Source: Kofleriaceae bacterium | Lineage (GTDB): Bacteria > Myxococcota_A > Polyangia > Haliangiales > Haliangiaceae | Length of the DNA stretch: 64,000 nt | Reading direction: 5' to 3' | Assembly: GCA_965215005.1 (NCBI GenBank) | Contig: CBDCCZ010000043.1 | Location: forward strand, 1-64,000 | In this document: positions 50,179-62,403 of the stretch, piece after piece | Layout: the number at the start of each line of letters is the position of its first letter | Numbering within the stretch: position 1 is the stretch's first letter | Translations under genes and position numbers: made by a program | The notes under the pieces: generated by a model | Told to the model about the DNA's origin: nothing | Seen by the model: the letters and a program-made list of their open reading frames with translations, nothing else | The model's database searches: none

Positions 50179-51816
50179 CTAACGCCGCCGGTCGAGCCAG
50201 TCGCGGAATTGGTCGACGGTACGAGTGTTGAGTACGGCGGGCGCGGAAATCCAGCCGCGCTGGGCCTGCAACACAGCCCAATCGAGACGCCGCAGCGCTT
50301 CCGGCTCGGCCGCTTCACTTGCCAGTAAAAACGTGCAACCGAGCTCCGCAGCTCTGCGAAGGATCGCCGGCGGTGGATCGAGTCGCTCGAGATCGCCCGT
50401 GATTTCCAGAGCGACCTCGTGCTCGACGGCGGCACGCAGCACGACATCGATATCGAATTGACGCTCGGACGCCGATGCGGCGCCAATCCAGCGTCCGGTG
50501 AGATGGGCGAGCACGTCCACGCGCGGGTCGCGAATGATTTGCAGCAGCACCTGCGTGCAGTCTTCCCCAACGGTTGTCGGAACGGCGATAGAAATGTCCG
50601 CAGCAGACGTTGCGGCCGGAAAGCTGCCGTCAGGATTGGCAGATAACACGGCGGCTTCGAAGCTATGAAAGTCTCTGGGCCCGCGCTCCTCTCGAGAACC
50701 AATCGCCCACTGCAGGCCGCGTGAGGCGGCGGCTTCGACGAGCGCCGCGTGCGCACTTTTAGTGGTCGGAATCCAGCGGCCATCGCCGAGCAGTGTATCG
50801 GTGGTGACGGCCTCCGGCAGCGAAGCGTTGGCTGCGGCCTCGAGCTCCCCGCTGCCTTCGCGCATAGGCGGCGGCACCCAAGCCAGCTCCAGAGCACTGT
50901 AAATCTCGTGCTCTGTGGCGCTGGCGATGATGGCTCCGCTCTCTACGTCACTCAGCGCATACTCGTTGAGGGTCAGGCCGCGCGCGATGGCCCGTTGGCG
51001 CAGCTGGATGTTGTGTTGTTTAGAGCCCGTAAAGTAGAGAATGGCGGCGCCAAACTGTGATGGCGCCACCACACGCAAGTCAACTTGCAGTCCCGTGTCG
51101 GTGAGCACCGAGGTCTTCGTCTCGCCGCTCCCTACGATCTCTCGCACCATTGGAAAGGAGCGAAACGCCTCCATGATGGGCGCAGCCTCGCTGCTGGCAA
51201 CGGTGAAATCGAGATCGCCGATGGTATCGCGGAAGCGCCGCAGACTGCCGCAATAGCGAACGCTCTGAGCACCCGGCAGCGCCGCGAGCCTTGCACGCAA
51301 ATCCTCTGCGAGTGGCAACGCGAGCGCGATTGGCGTGCGCCTCTCCTTGCCGGTAGAACCCATCCGTTCGAGCGCCTGCGCGAGCTTCTCCTCGGTCTTG
51401 GCGCCAAATCCCGGCAGCTCGCGCACTCGTTTCGCGGCGAGCGCGGCGCTCAAGGTCGCGGCATCGTGCACGCCGAGGGCATCGCGCAGCTTGGCGAGCT
51501 TCTTTGGTCCAAGTCCCGGGATCTTGCTGAGCGCGACATAATCAGCGGGATACTTCTCGCGCAGCTCGACTAGCTTGCTAACGACTCCGTGGTCGAAGAA
51601 CTGGCGAATCTTTGCCGCCATGCTCTTGCCCACGCCGTCGATGGTCGTGAGCTCCGCTTCGGTCATCGATGCCACGTCGCCGTCGAAAAGGCTCAGCTCG
51701 GTGACCGCAATCTCATACGCTCGCGCGCGAAATGACTGCGGACTGCCCTCGTCCAGCGTCGTCAGCTCGGCCAGCTCTTCGAGCTGCGCGAGCAGCTGTT
51801 GCTTCGCATCCGCCAC
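50179..51816 (-). CDS. polX: DNA polymerase X with degenerate PHP domain
   Basis: FRARAY, HhH motifs GVGK and GLGPKK, GSLRR..TIGDLD, QVDLRVV and YFTGSKQHN. Confidence 0.9.
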   Translation of the reverse strand: MADAKQQLLAQLEELAELTTLDEGSPQSFRARAYEIAVTELSLFDGDVASMTEAELTTIDGVGKSMAAKIRQFFDHGVVSKLVELREKYPADYVALSKIPGLGPKKLAKLRDALGVHDAATLSAALAAKRVRELPGFGAKTEEKLAQALERMGSTGKERRTPIALALPLAEDLRARLAALPGAQSVRYCGSLRRFRDTIGDLDFTVASSEAAPIMEAFRSFPMVREIVGSGETKTSVLTDTGLQVDLRVVAPSQFGAAILYFTGSKQHNIQLRQRAIARGLTLNEYALSDVESGAIIASATEHEIYSALELAWVPPPMREGSGELEAAANASLPEAVTTDTLLGDGRWIPTTKSAHAALVEAAASRGLQWAIGSREERGPRDFHSFEAAVLSANPDGSFPAATSAADISIAVPTTVGEDCTQVLLQIIRDPRVDVLAHLTGRWIGAASASERQFDIDVVLRAAVEHEVALEITGDLERLDPPPAILRRAAELGCTFLLASEAAEPEALRRLDWAVLQAQRGWISAPAVLNTRTVDQFRDWLDRRR

Positions 51817-51862
51817 GCGCGAATACTACCTTGAGCAGCTCTTCGCGGGCGCGTGTACCTGA

Positions 51863-53170
51863 TTAGCGGCCGACCGCGAGCTCAGCGGGACCAAACGATC
51901 GCTCGAAGAGCGCGGTGATAGCCAGCTTGGCCTGCTCGGAAATGAACCGGGTGCCGGTCCCCGCGAATCGCTTGGTTGTGATGGTTGGCTCGCTAGCGCT
52001 CGTCCACTCGCTGCCATTCCAGGTGAACCACGCGCACTTCTCTTGGTCGAACACGAAGACCGGCTTGTGCCACACGCGGGCCAGCTCCGCGGCCCAACCC
52101 GTGCCGCCCTTGACGGTGCCATCTGCGAGAATGACGCCCACCACGAACACCTCTTGGGCGGTATTCACTTGATGCCAGATGCTCTGCAACGTCTTGGTGA
52201 AACGCGGCGTATTGGGATACTGCCGATGCATGTGCGCTTGCACGTAAACCGGACTCACCGCGCCCTCGCTGAGCTCCTCGTCGGTGAGGCGCACGAGACC
52301 GCGCGTACGTGGCGGGGTGCGGCCTTCGAAGGTGAAGTTGAGCTCCACGAGTCCCCACTTCTCAGCGCACTCGCCAAAGAGCTGCTCAGCCCCGGTCGCA
52401 CCGCCCGATAACAGCGTGAACGACGTCGGCGGCATCTCGGGGACACGCCGCCCCTCTTCACCGAGCTCGAGCCGCAACGTATCCGGGTGCAAGGTGAGCC
52501 GAGACTCTGACGGCGCAAGATTGTCGTGATCCTTTAGGATTCGCAACGCGACATCCTTACCGTGTGGCTCGAGATAGATGGCAACATCGATGAGCTCCAC
52601 GAGCTCACTACATGGAGCAGGCAAGGTGTTGGTAGGAGCCGCACCCTCGCGGTGCGTCTGCGCCGACATCCAAAGCTCCGCCTCGAGCATCTTGGCGTAG
52701 GCCTTGAGCGCACCGATCATCGCGGCGTTTTCCGCCAGCGAGTGCCCCGCCCAGTTGTAGCCATCGACGACGATCGCCTGAGGCCGGAAATCCAGCACTT
52801 GACGAAAGCTCTCGACAGTCTTGTCGAGACGCTCGGGCCAAATATCGCGGTCGGCAAACGCGTGGATGACGCGCTGCTCGCCCACCATCTGCCGAACCTG
52901 CTCTTCGTCCTGCAGGCCGCACTGCACGGCCATGTCTTCGAACAGAGCGTCATACCAGCTCTGCACGTGCTCTACGGTCTGCTCGAGAGCGATGTGGAGC
53001 ACCGGCTTCTCGCGCATCAAATCATCGAGAGCGATCTGAACTAGACACGCAGTCTTGCCAACCCCGGCGCGCGCCATGACGACGCCGAGGTTGCCCCTGC
53101 CCAGCCCTCCGTGAATCGATTCTTCGAGAATACGGAGGGGGCTGTGCGCGTTGACCTGCTTCCGATACAT
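51863..53170 (-). CDS. RecA/KaiC-like P-loop ATPase fused to a SLOG-like C-terminal domain
   Basis: Walker A ARAGVGKT, Walker B AIVVDG; C-terminal LSGGATGAE, GGTGWA and KPVFVFD. Confidence 0.72.
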   Translation of the reverse strand: MYRKQVNAHSPLRILEESIHGGLGRGNLGVVMARAGVGKTACLVQIALDDLMREKPVLHIALEQTVEHVQSWYDALFEDMAVQCGLQDEEQVRQMVGEQRVIHAFADRDIWPERLDKTVESFRQVLDFRPQAIVVDGYNWAGHSLAENAAMIGALKAYAKMLEAELWMSAQTHREGAAPTNTLPAPCSELVELIDVAIYLEPHGKDVALRILKDHDNLAPSESRLTLHPDTLRLELGEEGRRVPEMPPTSFTLLSGGATGAEQLFGECAEKWGLVELNFTFEGRTPPRTRGLVRLTDEELSEGAVSPVYVQAHMHRQYPNTPRFTKTLQSIWHQVNTAQEVFVVGVILADGTVKGGTGWAAELARVWHKPVFVFDQEKCAWFTWNGSEWTSASEPTITTKRFAGTGTRFISEQAKLAITALFERSFGPAELAVGR

Positions 53171-53195
53171 CTCCCCCCCCGTTAGACTCGGCGCT

Positions 53196-55286
<2,091 letters not shown>

Positions 55287-55640
55287 GGTACGGCTCCGGT
55301 TCAACCTCTAGAGGGCGCGGTCCATTACCCCTAGATCATGCGGGGCGTCAAGTAAAAAACGCGGCTGCACCACCCCCAGAGGCAGCCGGTGCTCGTCGCG
55401 CAAGCGTGGTACATCTATCAGGTTCTGTAAGATTTAACGAGCCCGAACACACGCGGCGGAATCGCAACTTGCGGGCGATCACCGCTCCAAGGAAACGCGG
55501 CGCCCTCGATATAGCAGCTGCCGCGCCATTGGCGACCATAGTGTCTGCGACCGAGGGCGACTGTCCAGCGCTAACGCCGCGCTAACCAGGCGGTCCCCGT
55601 CGCAGCACCACGACAACAGCACCTGCCGCCGCGGCAAGCG

Positions 55641-57026
55641 ATGCTAGGCTGGGCGCAGATGCGAGGGCGAGCGCTGTGGGGGGTGGTTTGGGCGCTCGTG
55701 GCCGCCGCGTCGCCTGCCCGAGCGCAGCCGGCGACCGTCCCGAGCGAGCTGCGCGCGGCACCGGCGTGGCGCGCCGCGGCTCCCATCAGCAACCTCATCT
55801 ATCTGAATCGCTGTGCAAGCGGATGCACGTTCACCCGCGGCGTCGACGACTCACGAAGCCAAACCTCGAGCATTCCGCCCGATGGCATCGAGCTCTCGCC
55901 CTTTGCCCACTCCGAGGCGCTGTGGGACCGCGTGGTGCAATGCGTGCGAAACGTCTATGCGCCGTATGCAGTAGAAATCGTTACCGAGGACCCCGGCGAC
56001 CGGCCACATCACGAGGCCATCGTCGCCGGCCATCCCCGTGAGATGGGGTTAAGCGACGATATCGGCGGCGTGGCCGTCATTTCGGCCGATTGCTCGCCGC
56101 GGGACAACGTCATCTCCTTCACCTTTGCCAATCGGTTTCCCAGCTCCGTGCCGCTCGAAATCTGCGCCACCGTGGCGCAGGAAAGTGCGCACTCGTTCGG
56201 CCTCGACCACGTCTTCGACTGCACCGACCCGATGACCTACTTGCAGGGCTGCGGGCAAAAATTCTTCCGCGATGCGCTCCTGCCGTGCGGAGAAGCCAGT
56301 GTGCGGCCATGTCGCTGTGGAAATGAGCGCCAGAACGCCCACCAAACACTGCTGCGGGTGTTTGGACGCGGCGCAGGTGCCGCGCCGCCGGCGGTCGAGA
56401 TTCTTCTTCCCGCCCCAGACGATGCGGTGATGGCTGGGTATCCCATTTACGCCAGCGCCATCGATCCTCGCGGCATTGCGACCGTTGACGTTCTCATCAA
56501 CAACCGCCGCTACGCCCGCTTGCCCGGTCACGAGCGCCCCCGCGATCCCACGGACCCGTACGTATTCGTGACCCCCGCGCTGCCCGATGGCGTGCAGCGC
56601 ATCGAGGTGCGGGCGCGAAATGACCTGGGGCTGATGACCAGCGCGCGTGTCGAGGCGACGAAAGGGGCGCCATGCACCTCCGCCGCCTCGTGTGCCGAGG
56701 GTCAGAGTTGTGATGCCGGTGCGTGCCTTTGGCCGCCGCTGCAAGAGCTCGGTGCAGCCTGCTCCGACGATGCCGATTGCGACTCGTTTCTGTGCCCTGA
56801 TAACGCCGGCGAGCGGCTCTGTAGCCAGTTCTGCGTGCCAGCTGTCGAAGGTGAATGCCCCGACGGCTTCGAGTGCTTAGCCGCCAGCGATCGCGGCGTT
56901 TGCTGGCCGCTTCCGGAACCGGGCGGCTGCTGCCGTGCGAGCCGCTCCAGCGGAGGTCAAGAGCTCCTCCTACTGGGCGTGGTGCTGCTGTTGCGACGGC
57001 GCAAAAGCGGGCGAGCGCGACCCTAG
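55641..57026 (+). CDS. Secreted Cys-rich metzincin-like protein with Ig-like domain and MYXO-CTERM-like tail
   Basis: QESAHSFGLDH...DPM (Met-turn), Ig-like segment, Cys repeats, C-terminal GGCC...LLLLGVVLLLRRRK. Confidence 0.75.
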   Translation: MLGWAQMRGRALWGVVWALVAAASPARAQPATVPSELRAAPAWRAAAPISNLIYLNRCASGCTFTRGVDDSRSQTSSIPPDGIELSPFAHSEALWDRVVQCVRNVYAPYAVEIVTEDPGDRPHHEAIVAGHPREMGLSDDIGGVAVISADCSPRDNVISFTFANRFPSSVPLEICATVAQESAHSFGLDHVFDCTDPMTYLQGCGQKFFRDALLPCGEASVRPCRCGNERQNAHQTLLRVFGRGAGAAPPAVEILLPAPDDAVMAGYPIYASAIDPRGIATVDVLINNRRYARLPGHERPRDPTDPYVFVTPALPDGVQRIEVRARNDLGLMTSARVEATKGAPCTSAASCAEGQSCDAGACLWPPLQELGAACSDDADCDSFLCPDNAGERLCSQFCVPAVEGECPDGFECLAASDRGVCWPLPEPGGCCRASRSSGGQELLLLGVVLLLRRRKSGRARP

Positions 57027-57754
57027 CGATAGCGCTCGTATAGCGCGTCGCGCCACCCGAGCAGCGGCGCGAACGACTGCTCGAGCTCGCGATCGGTCCA
57101 CGCGGTTCGCTGCTCGGGCGTCATGCGCACATAGCGATCGTCGACCGGTCGCACGAAATGCAGCGCGGCGGCCATGGCGATGTCAGCGAACGTGAACCCG
57201 TGCTCGAGAAGCGTGGGCCGCCCACCTTCGAGAGCGCGCGCGAGCTCGCTCAAGACGTGACCGAAGCTGGCGCGATGCGCCGCTTCGCCTGCCGACCCAA
57301 AGCGATACTTGCGCGCGAGATAGCGCATACCGACGGTCGCCACCATGCCTCGCAGCGGCGCCGGCACGAACGCCGGCACGCTCTGTCGCTTGGCTTTCGA
57401 ATCGCGCCCCATGCGGGACGTCACCAGCACTCGGCCCGCCTGCATTGCCTCGTCGGCGAGCTGCTCCCAGCGCGCGATCTCGCCGCGATGCTGCGGCGGA
57501 AACAACGTCGTTCCACTGCCGAGCTGGTCGGCGTAGCGAGCGATCTCGATGCTGTCGAAGATTCCTTCGGCGCGATCGAGAAGCAACACCGGCGCGGTAA
57601 TGCGTCCACGCAACCGCCGCAATCGCCACCGCAATAGCGGCTCGCCGAGCATCGGCACGTAAGCGACCTCGCGATACTCGAGACGGTGGTGATCGAGAGC
57701 CCAGCGGGCCTTCTCCGACCACGGCGAATACGAGATCGCGTGAAGTTCGATCAC
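57023..57754 (-). CDS. Glutathione S-transferase family protein
   Basis: YSPWSEKARWALD, APVL, DSIEIARY and FTFADI. Confidence 0.88.
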   Translation of the reverse strand: MIELHAISYSPWSEKARWALDHHRLEYREVAYVPMLGEPLLRWRLRRLRGRITAPVLLLDRAEGIFDSIEIARYADQLGSGTTLFPPQHRGEIARWEQLADEAMQAGRVLVTSRMGRDSKAKRQSVPAFVPAPLRGMVATVGMRYLARKYRFGSAGEAAHRASFGHVLSELARALEGGRPTLLEHGFTFADIAMAAALHFVRPVDDRYVRMTPEQRTAWTDRELEQSFAPLLGWRDALYERYR

Positions 57755-58965
57755 TTCTCGTCCTGTCGCCGCGCGAATAGATCCGCGAACGTGCCGAGCG
57801 ACTTCGGTGTCTCGGGTCGATAGCTCTTGGCGTGGCTCGCTTCCTCCGCCGCCTTGACCGCTGCCATCGATAGCGCGATCCGTTTGCGCTCCTGATCCAC
57901 CGCCAGCACGCTCACCTCCACCGCCTGCCCTTCGGCCACCACTTCTTTGGGATGATTGATGCGGCGGCCAGCACCGAGCTCGCTGATGTGCACCAGGCCC
58001 TCGACATTGGGCGCAAGCTCGACGAACGCACCGAATGGAGCAAGTCGAGTGATGGTTCCCACTCGCGTCTCACCGGCAATGATGCTCTTGGTCGCTTCGA
58101 TCCACGGATCTTCTTCCATGGCTTTGAGCGACAACCCGACCTTCTCCGGGCGCTTGGGATCGCCGGTGGCTTCGACCTTGACGACTTGTACCTCGAGCAC
58201 CTGCCCCACCGACAGAATCTCGCTCGGATGCTCCACCCGGCCAAAGCCGAGCTCGCTGATGTGCAGCATTCCCTCGATGCCGCCGATATCGACGAAGGCC
58301 CCGTAGTCCTTGATGGTCGTCACCGTGCCGCGCAGTACCAGCCCTTCAGCGAGCTTGGCGCGCGTTTGCTCGGCATTCTTGGCCGCTTCCTCTTCGAGGA
58401 GCTGCCGGCGCGACAGCACGATGTTTAAGCTGTTGCCGCGGCCAGCCTCGAGGCGCGTGATGCGAAAGCTCAGCCGTCGCCCCACGAACACCGAGGGATC
58501 CTCGACGAAGCGATTGTCGAGCTGCGACATGGGGCAGAAGCCGCGTTGACCCGCCACCTGCACCTCGAGGCCACCTTTGTTTTGACCAGTAACGGTGCCT
58601 TCGACGCTAAGGCCATGCTCGAACGCCTGTTGCAGCTCGCCGGGCGCCGCGGCCCCGCGGCCCAGGTGGGTTCGCAACACGATCGAGCCTTCGGCGGTAT
58701 CGATCACCGTGGCGTCGATGCGATCTCCTTCGGCCACCGTGAGCTCGCCGTCGGCAGAGGTCACCTCGGCGCGCGAGAGTACTGCTTCCGACTTGGCGCC
58801 GATCTCCACGAACACCGACTCGGCGGTGATGGACACGATCGTGCCGGTTACCTGATCGCCTTCGCGAGGCGTCCGCCGGCGCTGCCCTGCGCCCTTGGAT
58901 TGGCTCTCGAACTCCTCCAGGAGCGCGGCGAAATCTTCTTCTTCGCGGTCTTGCCCGTTCGACAC
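57751..58965 (-). CDS. Ribosomal protein S1-like protein with four S1 domains
   Basis: EDFAALL N-terminus, NKGG, YGAFVDIGGIEGMLHISE, FGAFVELAPNVEGLVHISE and LGTFADL. Confidence 0.9.
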   Translation of the reverse strand: MSNGQDREEEDFAALLEEFESQSKGAGQRRRTPREGDQVTGTIVSITAESVFVEIGAKSEAVLSRAEVTSADGELTVAEGDRIDATVIDTAEGSIVLRTHLGRGAAAPGELQQAFEHGLSVEGTVTGQNKGGLEVQVAGQRGFCPMSQLDNRFVEDPSVFVGRRLSFRITRLEAGRGNSLNIVLSRRQLLEEEAAKNAEQTRAKLAEGLVLRGTVTTIKDYGAFVDIGGIEGMLHISELGFGRVEHPSEILSVGQVLEVQVVKVEATGDPKRPEKVGLSLKAMEEDPWIEATKSIIAGETRVGTITRLAPFGAFVELAPNVEGLVHISELGAGRRINHPKEVVAEGQAVEVSVLAVDQERKRIALSMAAVKAAEEASHAKSYRPETPKSLGTFADLFARRQDEK

Positions 58966-59034
58966 CGGCGCACTGTACAGCTGCCGCGGCCACGACGCCA
59001 GAGCCGCCCGCGAGTCTGCAGTAGCGATTGCGCG

Positions 59035-60162
59035 TCAGTCATCGCCGCTTAGGTGGCGGAGCTTCAATACGGTATCGGCGTCAATCTGTTCGGCGAGCGG
59101 GGATTGGGTAATGAGGAGGTCGCCGCGGCGGGCGCGTTCGAAGGCGCGATTGTCGGTACTGCGGCGGCGACGTAAGAGCCGCACGAGTTGCCGCCCTTGA
59201 TCGCTGCAGACATAGAGCTCGTGTTTGCCTTTTGACTTAAGCGGCGCCGAGACGACTCGCAACGGCTGGTGCTGGAGGTGGGGCATCTGTGCGGCCGGCG
59301 TTTGTCGCAGGACTAGGTATGAGAACTTCATGCCGCCGGTGCGCAGGCCGGTGGCTTGGGCCAACTGGCGGGCTCGCGGCGGCAACTCGACGGCGCGATC
59401 TTCGTGGCACCAATCGGCTTCGTCGGCCAGGGCTGGACACGGTGCGACGGTGCGCGTGCAAGGAGCGAATACCTGCGCGCGATCGTCCATCAAGAGTTGA
59501 TCGCGAAGAAGGTGAAGCGCGCGGGTGGTTTCCCGCAGCGCGGGTTCGATGACCACCAGCGAGCCACCTGGCGCGAGAGCACGGATTGCCTTCTCGACGA
59601 GGGGCAACTGGGCGGCGGCAGGCAGCTCATTGAGAACCGTTCCCATGAGCACGAGATCAAAGCTGCCCTGCAACTCGATCGCGGCGACATCGGCAGCGTT
59701 GACGCGGATTCGAGCGTCGGGAACGAAGGCGGCGACGGCATCGGCGGCGAGCTCGAGTGCGCTGCGATCTACATCCACCAGCGTGGCATCGAGTCTGCTT
59801 TGCTGGCCGCGACGGGCGAGGAAATCAGCGAGCCCAAGGGTCATCGCGCCGGCGCCGGCACCTAAGTCGAGAACGCGCAGCTGATGCTCGCCTAGCAGCC
59901 CGACGCGATCGAGCTCGGTGAGCGGGATGAGCACCTTGGCGGCATCGGCGACGGTGAAGAACAGGGCGCGCGCCGCTAAATCGGCAGCGGCCGGGTTGCC
60001 AGCGAGCGTCTCGTGCAACCGCGAACGCTCGCTGGTATAGCGGAGCGTGCGTTCGACGATGGCAGCACGGAGGGCGGTACCGCTGAGCGCCGCAGGCGGC
60101 AATCTCCCACGAGCCGCCGCCCAAAGTGCTTCCTCGAGCCGTGAATCGAGTCGCCAGGTCAC
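59035..60162 (-). CDS. Rsm22/METTL17-like SAM-dependent methyltransferase
   Basis: VLDLGAGAG, VLNEL, IEP, FAPC...CP...WCH, KFSYLV, RVVSAP and RGD. Confidence 0.83.
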   Translation of the reverse strand: MTWRLDSRLEEALWAAARGRLPPAALSGTALRAAIVERTLRYTSERSRLHETLAGNPAAADLAARALFFTVADAAKVLIPLTELDRVGLLGEHQLRVLDLGAGAGAMTLGLADFLARRGQQSRLDATLVDVDRSALELAADAVAAFVPDARIRVNAADVAAIELQGSFDLVLMGTVLNELPAAAQLPLVEKAIRALAPGGSLVVIEPALRETTRALHLLRDQLLMDDRAQVFAPCTRTVAPCPALADEADWCHEDRAVELPPRARQLAQATGLRTGGMKFSYLVLRQTPAAQMPHLQHQPLRVVSAPLKSKGKHELYVCSDQGRQLVRLLRRRRSTDNRAFERARRGDLLITQSPLAEQIDADTVLKLRHLSGDD

Positions 60163-60183
60163 GCCGCGCTCATCGATCCTCGG

Positions 60184-62403
60184 CTACTGCCGATCCGTGG
60201 CGCGCTTGGCGATGGCGATGCGCTGCTTGACGCGCTCACCCGCGGCCACCGTTAGCTCGCCGAGCGCCGCGAGCGGCTCGCCGCCGGACTGCAGCGGAGG
60301 CACCCACACCCGCACGCGATACCTACCAGCGGGGACCTCTTCGAAGTCAGTAACGCCGCGGTCATCGGTGACCGCAACGTAAGGATGCGCGGGAACGATC
60401 ACCCAACTCGGCGACTCGGGGGCAGCGGCGGTTTGCACTCGCCAGATTCCTGGCTCGTCGAGCGCGACCGTTCGGCGGTGACCAATGAGAGGCAGCGGCG
60501 CCTCCGCGACCACCTCCGGCGACGCACCCCAGCGCTCCACCGTCACGCGCTGGGCACGCAGCGTCAGGTTTGCGAGCTCTAAGATTGCACCTAGGCGCGG
60601 CGCGCGCACCATGGGCTGAGCGAAGCGGCAGCCCACGATAGCCAGCTCCACCGGCGCGTCGGCATCGGGGGCGCGTCCGGCCGTCACGCCTTCGAGCTCG
60701 ACCACCGCCTGCCGGAGGCCTCCCAAGGTGTGAATCGACACCGGCGGCCGACGTGCATCGCCGCATTCATCGATTCCCGGCGAGCGGCGCAGCGCTGCTG
60801 GCGCATCGTCCCAGGAAACGCTGATTTCGGCACTTCCGCCGCCGATGAGACGGCCATCGCGGTGCGGCCCAAGTCGATATGGAGGTGCCGCGCCAGGCGG
60901 CGTCGCCGCGGCGCCGGCGTCTCGCGGCCCTTCAGCCACTACCTCACCCCCGTCGCTAGCGGGTTCTTCCAAGGCTTTGCGATTGCCGCCGCAAGCAATT
61001 AGCGTCGTAACAAGCAGCAGCAGCGCTGCCAAGGCTCCGATGGCTCGCAGCCGAGCGAGGACGCGCGAAAGCACCTCACCAGCATCGGCCACGCAGCGAT
61101 TCACTGCCACGCCTCGATACGCACTGCCGGCGAGCACGATGCCCAATGGCTGCGCATGATCGTCGGCGCGCTCCACCCGATCGACATGGCCGGCGGTGTA
61201 CTGCGGAATCGCCCGCGGCCACCGCACCACATGTCGATGCACCGGCTCGGCCGTTACGCCGATGGTGCGACGCAAATCGTTGAGAGCCACCTCGACAAGC
61301 TCGTCATCGCGAAGGTCGAGAATCGCGGGATCGCGCGTGCCGCCAAAGATGCAGCGCAACAGGACCTTTCCTGAGGGCGCTCTATTGGGCCAGAGCACGC
61401 TCTCGAATACACAACCCAAGAGCCGCAGCGGCTCACCTTCAGCAACGATGAAGCCAAAGCCATCGAGCGGATGCACGATGTCAGCGCGATCGAAACCAAG
61501 ATGCACCATCGCAGCGGGTGCGTAGGGAATCTCTTCGAGCGTAGCGGCAAGCGGCGGCGACAACGCCGCAACCATGCGCGCCGCGCGATAGGCAGGCGTC
61601 GCCAACACCACAGCATCGAAACGGCGTCGTTGGCCATTGGGATAGCGCACCTGCAAGCGGTCACCATCGGCCTCTAGGGCCTCGGGCGCGATCCCGAGCT
61701 CGAAGCGATCGCCGATGCGCGCCGCCAGCGCCTCAGCGAGTGCCTCGACGCCGGCGATCGGCGCGTGCAGCCGCATGCGCTTGTTCTTTTGGTCAGGCGA
61801 GCGACGTCGCGCCGCTGCGATCATTCCGCGCAGCAAGCCGCCTTGTTCTTCGAGCGCGTGGAGCTCAGGGAAGCCGGCGCGCAGACTTATCTCGCGAGCG
61901 CTGCCCGCGAAGATCCCAGTCACCATCGGCGCCACGATTCGTTGCGCAATCTCAGAGCCAAGACGACGCTCAGCGAACGCAAACACCGATTCCTCGGCTC
62001 GCGGATCGGCGCGCCGCAGCGGTTCGGTGAGCAGCCGCAACTTGCCGCGAAGCGATATCAAATCGGTGGTGATTGCCTCCAGCGGATTGCCAGGCAACGG
62101 GCGCAGCTCGCCGTCAAGCATGATCCATCGGCGTTTCGCCGCCGGCGAGGCTTCCTCCAACGCAACACCGAGGGCATCGGCCAGTGCCACAGCGCCCTCC
62201 TCGGCTCCGGACAAAAAGCCGTTGGCGGCGTGCTCGCGCAGATATCCACCCGCCGAGCTGGTGCGCAACACCCCGCCAACGCGGTCGGTGGCCTCGTATA
62301 CGCGCACTTCGACATCCCCACGCGCCAGCAGCGCATGAGCCGCGGCGAGTCCGGCCACGCCGGCCCCCACCACAGCGACTTGGGGACGCGGGGCTGCGCT
62401 CAT
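60184..62403 (-). CDS. hemY: HemY-type (co)protoporphyrinogen oxidase fused to a lipoprotein-like extracytoplasmic domain
   Basis: [32 protein letters not shown] and YRGVAVNRC in the first ~445 aa; then a hydrophobic stretch ending LIAC and ~270 further residues. Confidence 0.88.
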   Translation of the reverse strand: MSAAPRPQVAVVGAGVAGLAAAHALLARGDVEVRVYEATDRVGGVLRTSSAGGYLREHAANGFLSGAEEGAVALADALGVALEEASPAAKRRWIMLDGELRPLPGNPLEAITTDLISLRGKLRLLTEPLRRADPRAEESVFAFAERRLGSEIAQRIVAPMVTGIFAGSAREISLRAGFPELHALEEQGGLLRGMIAAARRRSPDQKNKRMRLHAPIAGVEALAEALAARIGDRFELGIAPEALEADGDRLQVRYPNGQRRRFDAVVLATPAYRAARMVAALSPPLAATLEEIPYAPAAMVHLGFDRADIVHPLDGFGFIVAEGEPLRLLGCVFESVLWPNRAPSGKVLLRCIFGGTRDPAILDLRDDELVEVALNDLRRTIGVTAEPVHRHVVRWPRAIPQYTAGHVDRVERADDHAQPLGIVLAGSAYRGVAVNRCVADAGEVLSRVLARLRAIGALAALLLLVTTLIACGGNRKALEEPASDGGEVVAEGPRDAGAAATPPGAAPPYRLGPHRDGRLIGGGSAEISVSWDDAPAALRRSPGIDECGDARRPPVSIHTLGGLRQAVVELEGVTAGRAPDADAPVELAIVGCRFAQPMVRAPRLGAILELANLTLRAQRVTVERWGASPEVVAEAPLPLIGHRRTVALDEPGIWRVQTAAAPESPSWVIVPAHPYVAVTDDRGVTDFEEVPAGRYRVRVWVPPLQSGGEPLAALGELTVAAGERVKQRIAIAKRATDRQ

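Noticed and set aside
53173..53180. C8 tract (G8 in the ribosome-binding site of the ATPase gene) as a phase-variation switch
   Set aside because: Short run in a high-GC genome, explained as a G-rich Shine-Dalgarno; no evidence of length variation.
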